NCBI RefSeq assembly: GCF_009914755.1
Contig: NC_060926.1
From: the human T2T-CHM13v2.0 reference genome, Homo sapiens
Strand: one strand, 5' to 3'
DNA: 64,000 nt
The position numbers and the translations under genes are program-made. This document shows, one piece after another, positions 26,534-39,844 of the stretch (within the stretch, counting starts at the first letter, position 1; each line of letters begins with the position of its first letter). Under the pieces are notes generated by a model that did not search any database, was not told the origin of the DNA, and saw only the letters and a list, made by a program, of their open reading frames with translations.

Positions 26534-28138
26534 TCCTAGTCAAATGCTGAATTAATAAAGTCACATTTAGGGGAAAGTACATGACACAGAAATTATTTTT
26601 GATGAGAATTTCAGCTGGAGAATGAACAGAGCAGTTGACAAGGAATAACAAAATCTTGCAGTTGTTGTCCAGTCCAGCTTCCTAGAAGTGAGCATGAGCC
26701 ACTGGTATAAAATATTTGTAAAATCAACCAGAAAAGATTTTGCTGGTGATCCACACATTTTGTTAGAATAACGGAATGGTAAGAAAGTCACTCCTTGAAA
26801 ACAATAAGAGCACAAGCTTTTGCCTATCACAACCAGGTTTACACTTCGTGTGCCTGCTGCTTTAGCACATCCTAACACAGTTGTTCTCTCCTTGACATCC
26901 TTAATTCCTGTATTATCAGCTGAAGTTGGTGTCTTTCCAGGGCAATAACACCAAAACAGTGATGTTTCATCAGCAATACAGACTCATTCTGGCATGAGAT
27001 TTTCAACAGCTTTGAGCTTGGCAAGCATGCCAATAAATTTCTTCACTGCTTCGTGATTAGCAGATGTTTTATCACCACACATCTTTTAAAATTTAATGCT
27101 GTGTCTTTTCTTACATTTCTGCAACCAGGCTGTTGAATGTTCACAGTTCCTTTCAATTTTCAGTTCAACGTGATAGATCTTTGCTTGTTTCATAAGCAGT
27201 ACTCCATTAAGTGGCAGGTGTTCACTGCAATGCTGATGAATCCACTCTTTCAATACACAATTAGGATCTTCATTTTTTGCTTTATGCGGTGCTTTTCTAT
27301 TTTTCATTAACGTCTGTTCATTACTTTCAGCACAGATCTTCAACGGTTTATCCTTCTGTTTCTTCAGCTCATGTATGGTGGTCATTCCAACAGGGTACTC
27401 TTCTGTTTCACACTTACATCATTGTCCAGTTTCTCCAACAGCATGACTTTCTGTGCTATAGATAAATACAAATCCTTCCTTTTTTTCTTATCACTGTTAC
27501 TCACAGGGGTATCTGCTGACCTTTTTGACATTTTCAACACTATCTTTACATCACATAAGAAGACAATTCTTCCCCATCCATGAACACTGAACATTTTTCC
27601 ATTTGTTTGCATCTTCTTCAATTTCTGTTATCAATGGTTTATAGTTCTCAGTGTACAGGTGTTTCACTGGCTTGGTAAAAGTTATTCCTGAAAATTTTAT
27701 TTTTTTTTTATTTGTAAATGGAACTGTTTTCCTAATTTCTTTCTTGGATAGCTCATTGTCAGTATATAGCAATGCAACGAATAAGCAAAAAACATGGTGA
27801 GTAACGCACACACGTCTTGGCCATGTGGAACACTGTAGGGAAACTGCCATTGGCACATCCAGCCTGCACACATGACATTTTCTTATTCTTTGTGGGTGTG
27901 TGTGGGGAAATCTGTGCGTGTGCAGAAAAGACACGCTGCAGCTGAAGGGGGTGGGAGGATTCTTTTCCCATCGGGGATGCTGAATAAACTGTGTGTTGTG
28001 GGCCTGCATTTTGACTATAATCCACCACATGAGGTTAGGTGTAAAATTTTCCACTTGTGGCATCATATTCATGCTCAAAATGTTTCAGATTTTGGAGCAT
28101 ATAGGATTTCAAATTTTCAGATCACAGAGACACAACTA
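26534..28138 (-). mobile_element. Tigger4 (Zombi)-like DNA transposon, truncated; decayed pogo/CENP-B-type transposase starting at ATG 27531
   Basis: Peptides MSKRSADTPVSNSDKKKRKDLYLSIAQKV, ...VLKEWIHQ...WLQKCKKRHSIKF (CENP-B HTH) and LGCAKAAGT...VIGKS (DDE region). Terminal 'gattttggagcat...ttttcagat...caacta' plus TA. Confidence 0.85.
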
Positions 28139-30519
28139 TACCATTTATTGAAGAGACTATCTTTTTCCCATTGTGTATTCTTGGTATCTTTCTCAAAGGT
28201 TAGTTGACCATATACGTGTGAGTTTATTTATGAGCTTTCTATTCTGTTCCATTGGTCTATATGTCAATTTGTAATTTCATATTATCCTGTTTCTATTACA
28301 GTAGTCTTATGATATAAGAAATTAGGAAGTGGAATGTCTTGGGCTTTGTTCTTCTTTCTCAAAGTCTACTTATTCAAGGTATTTTGGGGTTCCATATGAA
28401 TTTCAGGACTTTTATTTCTGTTTCTATGGATAAATGCCATCAGAACTTTGATGGGGATTGCATTGAATCTGTAGATGATTTTGGGTGGTATGGACATTTT
28501 AACAATATTAATTCTTCCCATCCATGAACACTGAACATCTTTCCATTGGTTTGCATCTTCTTCAATTTCTTCCACCAATGTTTTATAGTTTTCTGTGTAC
28601 AGATCTTTCACTGCCTTGGTAAAAGTTACTCCTAAGAAATTTATCCTTTTTGATGCTGTTGTAAATGGAACTGTTTTCTTAATTTCTTTCTTGGATATTT
28701 CATTGTCAGTATACAGAAATGCAACTGATTCTTGTATGCAGATTTTGTATCCTGCAACTTTACTGAATTTGTTTACTGATTCTAACAATGCTTTAGTGGA
28801 ATCTTTAGGGTTTTCTATATTAGGATCATGTTGTCTACAAATACTTTTTCCTTTCTGATCTGGATGCTTTTGCCTTTTATTTCTTTTTCTTGCTTAATTC
28901 CTCTAGTTAGAACTTCCAGTTATAATGATGGATAAAAGTGGCAAGAGTGGGCATCCTTGTCTTGTTCCTGATATTATAAGAAAAGCTTACAACTTTTCAG
29001 ATGTTAGTTGTTGGCTAACACACATGCCATATATGGCTTTTATTATGTTGAGGTAAATTACTTCTATATCTAATTTATTTAGAGTTTTTATCATGAAAAG
29101 ATGTTGAATTTTGTCAAATGCATTTTCTGCCTCTACTGAGATGCTTGTATGGTTTTTGTCTATTTTGTTAATGTGGTGTATCACATTTACTGACGTGGGT
29201 ATATTGAAGCATCCTTGCATCTGAGGGACAAATCCCCCTTAATAATGGTATATAATCCTTTTACTGTGCTGCTGTATTTGGTTTACTAATATTTTATCGA
29301 GGACTTGCACCTACTTTCATCAGATGTTCTAGCCTGTAATTTTCTCTTCTAGTAGTGTCTTTGTCAGGCTTTAACATCAGACTAATGCTGGTCTCATAAA
29401 ATAAGTTTGGAAGTGTTCCCTCTTCTTAATTTTGTGGAAAGAATTTGAAAAGAACAAACATTAATTCTTCTTAAAATATTTCGCAGAATTCAGCAGTGAA
29501 GTCATCAGGTCCTGGGCTTTTCTTTGTTGGGAGATTTTTGATTACTGATTTAATCTCTACTCATTGTTGATTTATTCAGATTTTCTATTTCGTCTTTATT
29601 CAGTCTTGGTAGGTTGTATGTTTCCTCTATTTCTTCTAGGTTATCCAATTTGTTTACGCATAATTGTTCACAGTAGTCTCTTATGATCCTTTGTATTTCT
29701 GTGGAACCATTTATATTGTCTCTTATTTCTGATTTTGTTTGTGTTTTCTCACTTTCCTTAGCCTCACTAAAGGCTTGTCAACTTCTTTATCTTTTCGAAA
29801 AGCAGCTCTAAGTTTTGATATTTCAATTGCTTTTCTCATGTCTATTTCATATATTTCTGCTCTGGGTTTTGTTATTTCCTTCCTTCTGCTAACTTTGGGC
29901 CTAGTTTGTTCCTTCCTCTAGTCCCTGATGTATAAAGTTGAGTTGATTATTTGAGATCTTTCTTTTTTTCTTCATGTAAGCATTTATTGCTATTAAATTC
30001 CTTCTTAGACCTGCTTTTGCTGCATCCCATCATTTTGGTATGTTGTGGCTCCATTTTCATTTGCCTTAAGATATTTTTTGATCTCCTGTTTCAATGTTGG
30101 TCTCTTTTTAGTTATTTTAGGCTTTTTGGCTAGAATTTACGTTGAGGTGCATCATCCGTCTTTTGCCTGCTTCACTGAGCACAGGCCAGTTATGACCCAT
30201 TTCAACACTGTTAGGACAGCATCACACTCACTCTCCTCTCAGGGGAGAGAGCCGGTTCCCCCATGTTGAATAGGCCTGAATAGGGTTTGCTTTTATGAAA
30301 ATTTAGTCAGCAGCCCCGTGGATGGTTATCTACTCCGTCTCTGTTTCTGTGTGTGTCCCTGTCTGCACTGGCTTCTCTCCTCTCTCAACCACCCTGAAAA
30401 GCACATACACTTAGATGTAACGAGTTTTGCTAACAAAATAATAAATAGCCCTAAGTGGGCATTAAAGAAGTTCTCTGAGTAAAACACAAGAAGCCTCTTG
30501 CCTTTGCGAAGTCTCACGT

Positions 30520-31260
30520 TAAGCTGTATTACTTTACACTGTAAACGCAAAGTCATATATGCCCATTAAAAAGTTTAAAACTTTAGAAAAGTAGAAGTCT
30601 CTCATACTCCCACCCACAGATGATAACTACTGTTAATAAGTGATTGATATGCAGCTTTCCAGGTCTTTTCTATGCATACAGTGGTATGTATAATACAATC
30701 ATAATCATTACTTACAAACATGTGATCAGGCTATTAATGTTATTCTGCAACTTGCTTTTTTTTTTAACTTAAAATATATCCTGGGTAACTTTCCATATCA
30801 AATAGATATAATTCTTTCCAAAGGGCACACAGAATTCTATCGTGTGAATTTCCATAATTTTTTAATCCAATTCCCATGTATGCCACTTCAGTTGTTTCCA
30901 ATTTTTCACACAATTGATTCATACAATGAAGCAGTAAGTATCCTGGAGAAAGACTTCTTGGCACACTTTAGGGTAAGTGCTTAGAGCTATAATTGCTGGG
31001 CCAAAACACAGACATGTTTCCCAAATTGTCTTCCTAGAATGTGCATTTCCCCCGGCATTCTCAGGGACACTGGATCCCAGCCGTAACTGTGATAATGACC
31101 GTGCTGATCCCTTCCCCAAGCCAACCTCACAGGGTATGTCTTCGCTGCTTTAATCTGCGTTTTCTAACAACTAGGAAGTTTGTCCACCCGTCACGTGTGT
31201 ACTGGCTGCTTCTCACACTTCTGTGAATTGCTTCTTCATTCATTGCATCTATTTTGGAAG
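30520..31260 (-). mobile_element. Highly degraded L1ME-like fragment
   Basis: AT-rich text such as 'tattctgcaacttgctttt', 'gttgtttccaatttttcac', 'attgctgggccaaa'. Confidence 0.45.
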
Positions 31261-31444
31261 TCAAGCTAAGGAGCCTTCAAAGGAAAGTCTGTTGACTTGT
31301 TCTTCATCAAAGTTCCATCTGGGTAAAATGTCCAGTGAGCTGAGGCCTAAGTGGGTGAAGAATTACAGCAATAGAGAAGTTACTTACTTTTCCCTTAGAA
31401 CTTTAAAAATCTCAAAGATAGGAGTCAAAGTTCTCAGCACCCTG

Positions 31445-31660
31445 AGCAGGTGTCAGGCTTTCTCTATAAGGGGCTCAATGACAAGTATTTTCAGTTTTGT
31501 GGGCCAGGTCAGGCTTCTGAGCTACTCAGCTCTGTCACTGTAACATAAAAGTGGCTACAGACAATATATGACCAAAGGGTAGCAGCCAGGATCCAACAGA
31601 ACTTTATTTACACAAGCAGGCAGCAGGCTGGATTAGGCCCAGGGCCACAGAGTGAGGGCG
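31445..31660 (+). mobile_element. MER58A-like hAT MITE
   Basis: 'ttttgtgggccaggtc...ctactcagctctgtcactgtaac...aactttatttacacaagcaggcagcaggctggattaggccc'. Confidence 0.7.
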
Positions 31661-32947
31661 TGGTGTGGATCCATATTACTGCTAGAATTAAAAATGAAAC
31701 AAAACAAAAAACTTGCAGGAATGAGGGCACATGTGTTTGGCATGTCTTGTATTTTGCTGTTTTTTTTACCAATAAATTGTGGTTTGTGTCGCTCAATGTC
31801 ACTGGCTGAAAATACCTAATACATCGCATGCTTAAATTCTGAAACTGAAAAGCCAACTTTTTGCTTTAAACATGTCTGACTGAACCACTCAGAATTCCTT
31901 CTTGTTTCTCTACCTTTTCCATCTTTAACAACAGGCAAGAGTCCCCGAGAGCAGGCAGGAGTTCTCCGTGTCGGCTGGGGACACCCACGTGGGAGGACAT
32001 CGCATCGAGGCTCCAGCAGCCAGGGCCCTGTGTCACGACGCTCCACACTGGGGAGGCCCAACATGGTGAATGCACAATAAATAAGACCAGACCCAGGCTG
32101 CCAGAGCCCAGGGCCGTGGCGGTCAACACCCTGATAGAAGGGGAAAAAGAAAGTCTCATCCCTCACTCCTGTTGGGGTCCCCTGCAGCCCCTGCGTCACT
32201 ACAGCACACACTGTAAAAGTGCGGGACGCTGTTGAATTACAAGCGGCAGCATTCACAAAACTGAGCCCCACTCCGCGGAAGCCTCTGCAGTCTCTCTCCA
32301 AGCCCTGCCCTTGCGCTGGAAGATGCTCCTACTTTGCACAAGAGACCTGCTCTCTTGAGTGTCAAAATCCTGTGCTTTGAAGTAAGTGTTCATCTCTGAG
32401 GTCACAAGGCCATGGCCTCCAAAAGACACTCCAGAGAGTTTAGCTAACCGGCTGGTCCCGGGCCTGTGGCCACATCCCTAATCTGTCATCAGTTTTTCCT
32501 TGCTGGGATAGGAACTTGACTCCTCAAGAAAATAGCTTTCTCTTTCATAAAAGGTGAGAAAAGAATTTCAGCAAGGTAATTATCCTGCCTTTTAAGTCTG
32601 TGTGTGTTTTCCACCGGCAAGTTAGAACAGTTTCAGACTAACATGCAAACTTGCACATCAAAAACTCTGGAAGATGCAAATTGAAAAGGAAAAAGAAAAT
32701 GACAACCTCTGATGGCTGCTTACCTGTTATTCACTCACTACCCTCTTCAAAGATGTATGAGCCAGATGAGTGCTACAAATGACTTAAAAAGGTGATGCCG
32801 ACATGGAGCCACAAGAATAGGTCACATCCCCTCAGCTCCTCCCTCTTCTTGGCCTCAACCGGCCTTCATCTGAAGAATAAGAGCTATGACCATCTGCACA
32901 GCAGTGGGTGGCTTCTGTGTTACCAAAGGTTTCCTTTAGAAACACAA

Positions 32948-33011
32948 ACATGTGTGCACGCGGGCGCGCACACACACACACACGCGCGTGCGCGCACACA
33001 CACACACACAC
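32948..33011. repeat. Mixed (CA)n/(CG)n alternating purine-pyrimidine tract
   Basis: tgtgtgcacgcgggcgcgcacacacacacacacgcgcgtgcgcgcacacacacacacaca. Confidence 0.9.
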
Positions 33012-34769
33012 CCCCCCCAATAGCCAGAGCTCTCAGCGACTTCCCAAGGTGACTGGCAAGTGCTCAAGTGGGCCAGGTCCTTCAGGTCCACGCTACAGCA
33101 CTGCCTAATTTTTCAAAGCACCCGACAAGCGTGGAAACCTTGTGGTGCCCCTGCAATTACAGCTCTTTGAAGAAGTCTCAAATGAACTTAATTCAACTCT
33201 AAGTTTTTGCCAAACTTATTTTAAGATTCCACACATTTATTATAGAATGCAGGATTTTAAAGGCTTATCACATAATACAAATGAACAAAATTACCAGAAA
33301 GGACATCAAAATCCTTTTCTTTGAGCAATAATTCCTTGTTATTAATCAGATTTCCTGGTATTTATTGACCCATGTCAGCACTTGGTCCAGAGGTAAAGAA
33401 TGCCCCAAATTAGCACCCATCACCTGACCATTGCATCCTAAGCTCTGCATGAAAGCTGGAGCTTTACGACAGCCCTCCCTCCCAGTGAGACCCTCGGAGC
33501 AGGACTTAGGTGGAGAAAAGTGGGTTTTGCCAAATGGGCACTAGTAATCACGGTAAGAGCAACATCAACACCCGGGCACTCCTGTTGACATGCTAAGAGC
33601 GCCTCCACATGCATGAAGGTGCTGGCACCACACCACTCTCCCGCCACCTAGAAATGAACAGTCACAGCCCGCAGCACAGAACTGAACAACCCTGTGAGGC
33701 AGGGAGGCTGTCATGACATCGCCGCACGTGTACTGTATGTTAAAGTCTACAGAATACTGTTATATCCACCAAGAATATGTGGGAAAAAGCATGAACTGCG
33801 CAGGAAAACAATGATTAAAGATGGGAAACTGGGCTCAGAGAGTTCTGTTAAGGAACCTGGCCAACGTGGCATCTCTGGCAAGTCAGGAACAAATCCCAGT
33901 CCTCATCCTTGTCCCTCGCTGCCTGGCCCAGGGACATGAGCAGAGGCTGGGACTGATGACAGCCATGAGAGCTCAGCCCAGGTGATGACTTCACTCAGGA
34001 GGAGGACATGGGGATCTGTGAGCAATGCCCAAGGACCTGGCTGAAAACCACACCTGAGAAAGGTGACTACAGGGCCAGGGCAGGACACAACTCGGGCCAG
34101 GGAACAGAAGGGACGCAATCGTGGGCAAGACCAGGCAGGCCAGGTACCATTTCAGGACAGGATCCCAGAGGGCCAGCTTCACTGTAGGTGGCACCCAAGG
34201 CGTCTGCTCGGTGCAGGCCCTGGGCTACCTGGACAGCATTCTCCTTCTCACACTGACTGTGAGCCTAGGAGGTGACTCCTACGCTCTTCCTTATTGTACA
34301 GATGAGGTAACAAACACAGAAAGATGAGTGACCAGCCCCAAATTAAAAAGCTATAAATGGCAGAGCTGAGAGTCAACCAAGGGCTGACTCAGTATCTTGA
34401 GGTCTGCACGTGGCCTGAAAGCTCACAATTTTCAGGAAGCTTGTTGGCTTCAATATCACCATTAGGCAAAAGGACTAAGGCAACACTATCTGGTACCTTC
34501 AAAGCTGCTGACTATACTGATTTGTACCATGTTAACACACGAGAAAAACAAAGCCGGGTGGCTGTGATTTCCTACGGTGGCTGCAGCAGCCGCCACAGCT
34601 CCTCACAAGGCACACAAAGACGCACCCAGGGAGGGATTAGACTGAGTGATCCCCACACAGGTCCACCTGGGAGATGGGGAGGGCGAGGAGAACTGTCCAG
34701 AAAAAACCACAAATCATTAACCTGAGGAAAGAAGATCTGACTTTTCAGGATTAAGCTGTATTTTGAAAA

Positions 34770-34771
<2 letters not shown>

Positions 34772-34819
<48 letters not shown>
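34772..34819. repeat. (CA)~24 microsatellite
   Basis: Perfect AC run. Confidence 0.97.
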
Positions 34820-34820
<1 letters not shown>

Positions 34821-34830
34821 ATACATATGG

Positions 34831-35145
34831 CAGTTCTGCCTTATCCAGTTTCGCTTTCCACAGTTGCAGTTACCTGAGGTCAGCCACAGTCTAAAAATAG
34901 GTGAGTACAACAAGATATTGGGAGACAAGGAGAGAGAGAGACCACATTCACAGAACCTTTAGTCCAGTCTATTGTTACAGGTGTTCTATTTTATTAGCCA
35001 TTACTGCATTGAGCTCTTACTGCATCTAATTTGCAAGTTATACTTTATCGTATGTATTGCACACAGGAAAAAGCACTGTACGTCTAGGGTTCCACACTAT
35101 CAGCCGTTTCAGGGGTCCGCTAGGGTCTTGGAACAGGGACTGCTG
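34831..35145 (+). mobile_element. MER44A-like Tigger-family MITE
   Basis: 'cttatccagtttcgctttcc...aaaataggtgagtaca...gagagagagaccacattcac...gggtcttggaacagggactgctg' plus TA. Confidence 0.8.
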
Positions 35146-37111
35146 TATGACTAAGAGCACAGATCACATGGAACGCGCTAAGAGGAGAGCACAGAACGAC
35201 ATGGCAATTACATGGAACGCGCTGAGAGGCAAGCGTGGAATGCTGCGGCACATGAGTCTGCAGCAGCCTGGAAGGATTGAGCCCTTGGTGCCTGCATCTC
35301 TCTGAGCCTTGGTTTCCGCTTCCGTCCAGCGGGGAGAATAGCAGTAAACTGACATTACAGGTTTGGGATGGTCAACAGTCAACACTGAGAACAGGCCCGC
35401 ACACGGCTGCTGTTCAATAAGCCCTCGCTGTTATCAGACGCGAAGAGATCTGTGCTCCTCAGGCTGAACGTGGTGCTGCCCTCCACGGGGATTTGAGAAA
35501 TCCAAGGGGTGAAGGACATTTCTGGTTTCACAAACCTTCCAAATGTGCAAACAGCTTCAACGACAAAGGCTTATCTCACCCAAATGCCAACAGCCTCCCT
35601 CACGAAAACCGTAAAAGCTTCTTGAAAATTTGGCTGGACACTGAAATGATCACCTTTGCATGCACCAAAAAAATTCCATGGAGGTATATTTTAAGAAGAA
35701 AAAAACCTCCAAGAGATGTCTAAAACTCAATGTTTCATCTGTTCCGAAAGGCATCCAAACTCAATCATGTGTGGCCATCCTACCCACATCTTACCCAGCA
35801 GCTCAGGACCAGAGTCACCAACACGGCTTTCCGGAGCGCCCGTGACCCCTGGTGCTCTTCCACCTACATCGGCCAGCTGGGCCTCTCTTGTCTCCCTCCA
35901 CGGGCTGGTGACACTCCAGAGCCGCGGGAGGTCCTGTCGCCTGCACAGGTGATTCCCATCCCAGAGCCCTGGGCTGTGGGTCCCTGTGGGGATGCTGATT
36001 GTTCTCTTCTGCTTTTAAGGCTAATGCACAAAGTGGGGGACCTTCCTCACATTCCTTCTCTCTCAGATGCCATACACCATGCACACCCCACTGCCACTGT
36101 GGCCCAGAGTGCAGCCTTCCTTCTGGTCTCCCCACTGTCAGGAGAATTTAGAGACTTTTGTTTTCACAGAGGAAGCGTCCAATGTGGAAAATTAACTCTG
36201 AATAACTTCAGGGTATGAATCAAGGGATGCCTTTGAACGTTCGCCGTTCATTTCTGAAAGGGTTCATCTTGCAGTCTCTGAATTACATGAGTGTGAAGAG
36301 AAAGGAGCTTGCTTTCCATGCTGCAAGAGGCCAACCGGCCACATCATCTGCATGCCCTGAGATTCCCAGACAAGACGGGCAAGGACAGCGGGCCCTCCGG
36401 CTCCTTACATTCACCGTGCCACTCACCGTCCACTACCTAGCCTTGGAAAAGATTGCGTTAAGAAGGGAGCCAGCCAGCCCGGGATGGAGAAACTCCCAGA
36501 GGCTTCCTTCCAGGACTATCTAAGCTCAGCATGAAGTCTCTGGGAGAGCCTGGAAGGGGAGAGCATGTTGAAGGAAAAAGAAAACACACAAAAACCCACA
36601 GTCAACAGATGAGGTGCCACGGCCAAGGATGGGATGCAACCTGGCTCTGCCCGGCCGCCTGCACAGCAGACCCCACCCGGCCACTGGGAGAGTCTGAGAG
36701 TGGATCGACAGGGACAAGGAGGCGCCAAGGGTCTGGGACCTCTGGGGACAGGCCCCATCAGGCTGTGTCCTCCCCTTCTCAATATTACAGGTGGGTATGG
36801 GCCAGTTCACAAATTAAAATATGTAGGAAAAGAAAAGCAAACAAAACCCCACAGGTACACACAGAAGGGAGAGCAGATAAAAGCCGCCTTCACACAGGAA
36901 ATACGGCTGGGGAATCTTCCAGCACAGACAACCCAGGCTCACTTTCTTAGTAAAATGACCATCTCTGTGGTTGATGCACAGACGCTTAGACACAGGAAGG
37001 AGGCTCAGTGTGCCAGCAGTTTTGTCTTCAGATTTGGCCATGAGGTGGATCCGTCTTCTGATTTGGCCATCGTGCATCTGCTCTGCATGGACATCCCGGG
37101 TGCCTGTTTGC

Positions 37112-37335
37112 TTTCCACGTGTGGCCCTGCCCTCAGCACAGCGCAAACCCTCAGGGCATCCCTTCCTGGCTGCTCATTAACCCCCTTTCCACATGTGGCC
37201 CTGCCCTCAGCACGGTGCAGACCCTCAGGGCGTCCCTTCCTGGCTGCTCAATAACCCCCTTTCCACATGTGGCCCTGCCCTCAGCACGGTGCAGACACTC
37301 AGGGCATCCCCCTTCCTGGCTGCTCATTAACCCCA
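37112..37335. repeat. 74-bp tandem repeat x3
   Basis: tttccac(a/g)tgtggccctgc at 37112, 37186 and 37260. Confidence 0.9.
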
Positions 37336-37487
37336 ACCTAGGCTTCTCCTAACTCTTATTTTCTTTCCATCTCCTTCCTTACATATATGGGTCTCTGGTC
37401 CTATGACATGTATTCACATATGAAGCTTCAAACACATAAACAGGTCTCTTTGTTCTTCTCCAGGGTGATGCGAAACTAGAACACTGG

Positions 37488-38960
37488 GCAAAGCCAGCAG
37501 AACCTTCCTAAAGCAAAGCCAGCAGATCCTTCCCAAGGAAAGCCAGCAGACTCTTCCTAAAGAAAGAAAAGCCAGCAGATCCTTCCTAAGGAAAAGCCAG
37601 TAGACCCTTCCTAAAGCAAAGCCAGCAGATCCCTCCTAAAGCAAAGCCAGCAGACCCTTCCTAAAGCAAAGCCAGCAGATCCCTCCTAAAGCAAAGCCAG
37701 CAGACCCTTCCTAAAGCAAAGCCAGCAGATCCTTCCTAAAGCAAAGCCAGCAGATCCTTCCTAAAGCAAAGCAGCAGATCCTTCCTCAAGAAAAGCCAGC
37801 AGACTCTTCCTAAAGAAAGCAAAGCCAGCAGACCTTTCCTAAAGCAAAGCCAGCAGATCCCTCCTAAAGAAAAGCCAGCAGACTCTTCCTAAAGCAAAGC
37901 CAGCAGACTCTTCCTCAGGAACAGCCAGCAGACCCTTCCTCAAGAACAGCGAGCAGGTCCCTCCTAAAGCAAAGCCAGCAGATCCTTCCTAAAGCAAAGC
38001 CAGCAGACCCTTCCTAAAGCAAAGCCAGCAGATCCTTCCTAAAGCAAAGCCAGCAGATCCTTCCTAAAGCAAAGCCAGCAGATCCTTCCTAAAGCAAAGC
38101 AGGAGATCCTTCCTCAAGAAAAGCCAGCAGATCCCTCCTAAAGCAAAGCCAGCAGATCCCTCCTAAAGCAAAGCCAGCAGATCCCTCCTAAAGCAAAGCC
38201 AGTAGATCCCTCCTAAAGCAAAGCCAGCAGACCCTTCCTAAAGAAAAGCCAGCAGATCTCTCCTAAAGAAAAGCCAGCAGATCCCTCCTAAAGAAAAGCC
38301 AGCAGATCCTTCCTAAAGAAAAGCCAGCAGACTCTTCCTCAGGAACAGCCAGCAGATCCTTCCTCAAGAACAGTGAGCAGGTCCCTCCTAAAGCAAAGCC
38401 AGCAGATCCCTCCTAAAGCAAAGCCAGCAGATCCCTCCTAAAGCAAAGCCAGTAGATCCCTCCTAAAGCAAAGCCAGCAGATCCCTCCTAAAGCAAAGCC
38501 AGCAGACCCTTCCTAAAGCAAAGCCAGCAGATCCTTCCTAAAGCAAAGCCAGCAGATCCCTCCTAAAGCAAAGCCAGCAGATCCTTCCTAAAGCAAAGCC
38601 AGCAGATCCTTCCTAAAGCAAAGCCAGCAGATCCTTCCTAAAGCAAAGCAGCAGATCCTTCCTCAAGAAAAGCCAGCAGACTCTTCCTAAAGAAAGCAAA
38701 GCCAGCAGATCCCTCCTAAAGCAAAGCCAGCAGATCCCTCCTAAAGCAAAGCCAGCAGATCCCTCCTAAAGCAAAGCCAGCAGATCCTTCCTAAAGCAAA
38801 GCCAGCAGATCCTTCCTAAAGAAAAGCCAGCAGACTCTTCCTAAAGCAAAGCCAGCAGATCCTTCCTAAAGAAAACCAGCAGACTCTTCCTCAGGAATAG
38901 CCAGCAGATCCTTCCTCAAGAACAGTGAGCAGGTCCCTCCTAAAGCAAAGCCAGCTGGTA
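37488..38960. repeat. Minisatellite/VNTR, 25-bp unit (AAAGCAAAGCCAGCAGATCCTTCCT), ~58 copies
   Basis: Directly visible periodicity with variant units. Confidence 0.97.
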
Positions 38961-39844
38961 CCTCCTAAAACAAAGCATTTTGAAGGCACCTCCGCAGAGC
39001 TGAGATGCAGATGCCACGAGGTAATCCATGGGGGCCCAACTGCCAGCCAGAATTATGGTAGGGAGAGCTCCTTTATCGTATCTTTCACTATTTATCCATG
39101 GGTGATACATCTGGAAATAACTGCTGTTATTTTATACATAGCAATCCCTATAATCATTACTGTTTGCCGTATACCTTGGAATAACTGGAGTATGCAAAGT
39201 GCAATAAAAAGAGAATTTCTATTTTATCATGGACCATCACCATGAAACTAGTGCCATAAACATGAGAAAATAACCTAGAATTTCTGCAATACTCGCTACT
39301 CCAAACTAAGACGTTTATTTCTTTGTTCGTAAAAATCACCCACTTTTCTGCTTTATCAGTCTCTCCCACTGAATTGGAGAGGACATAAAACGATATGAAC
39401 AAGTCAGGAACTAGGTGGCGCACACCTGATGTGAGTATGCAGCATCCCTTCATTGCCACTGAGAGGAAGGTGCTGGAAATGGGCTGTGTCAATAAGCCCA
39501 GATAAACTGAAACAAGCAAATAACAAGCTGAACTTCTTTGAGGCATTCACAAGGGTCATCATCGTGGGATATGGTCCTAATTCGGCAGGTTTCATGCTGA
39601 TCAAACAAAATGCATACTTTTCTTCTTCAAATAAGTGATTCTAAAATGAGTGATTCACCATTCTGGACTCTGGCACGTGGGGTGGGGATAACTCTAGGGA
39701 CACCAAGAAATTCTCAGAACAACCTCAACACAAAATCGACTACATTCGATGGTGTGCAGATGCCTCCTAGCCCCGCCGTCATGTAGGATGGGAAGGGGAG
39801 GTACCAGGACAAATGGCAAGAGGCACAGCTCCTAACAGAACAGG

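Noticed and set aside
26567-27621. Possible domesticated TIGD/JRK-like transposase gene
   Set aside because: It is split over several frames with stops, truncated by the THE1 LTR, and retains a transposon terminus, so it is a fossil.
36531-37254. 139-206 aa ORFs, and similar ones at 3087-3569 and 61064-61597
   Set aside because: No recognisable domain, partly made of short tandem repeats, and of a length expected by chance in GC-rich intron.
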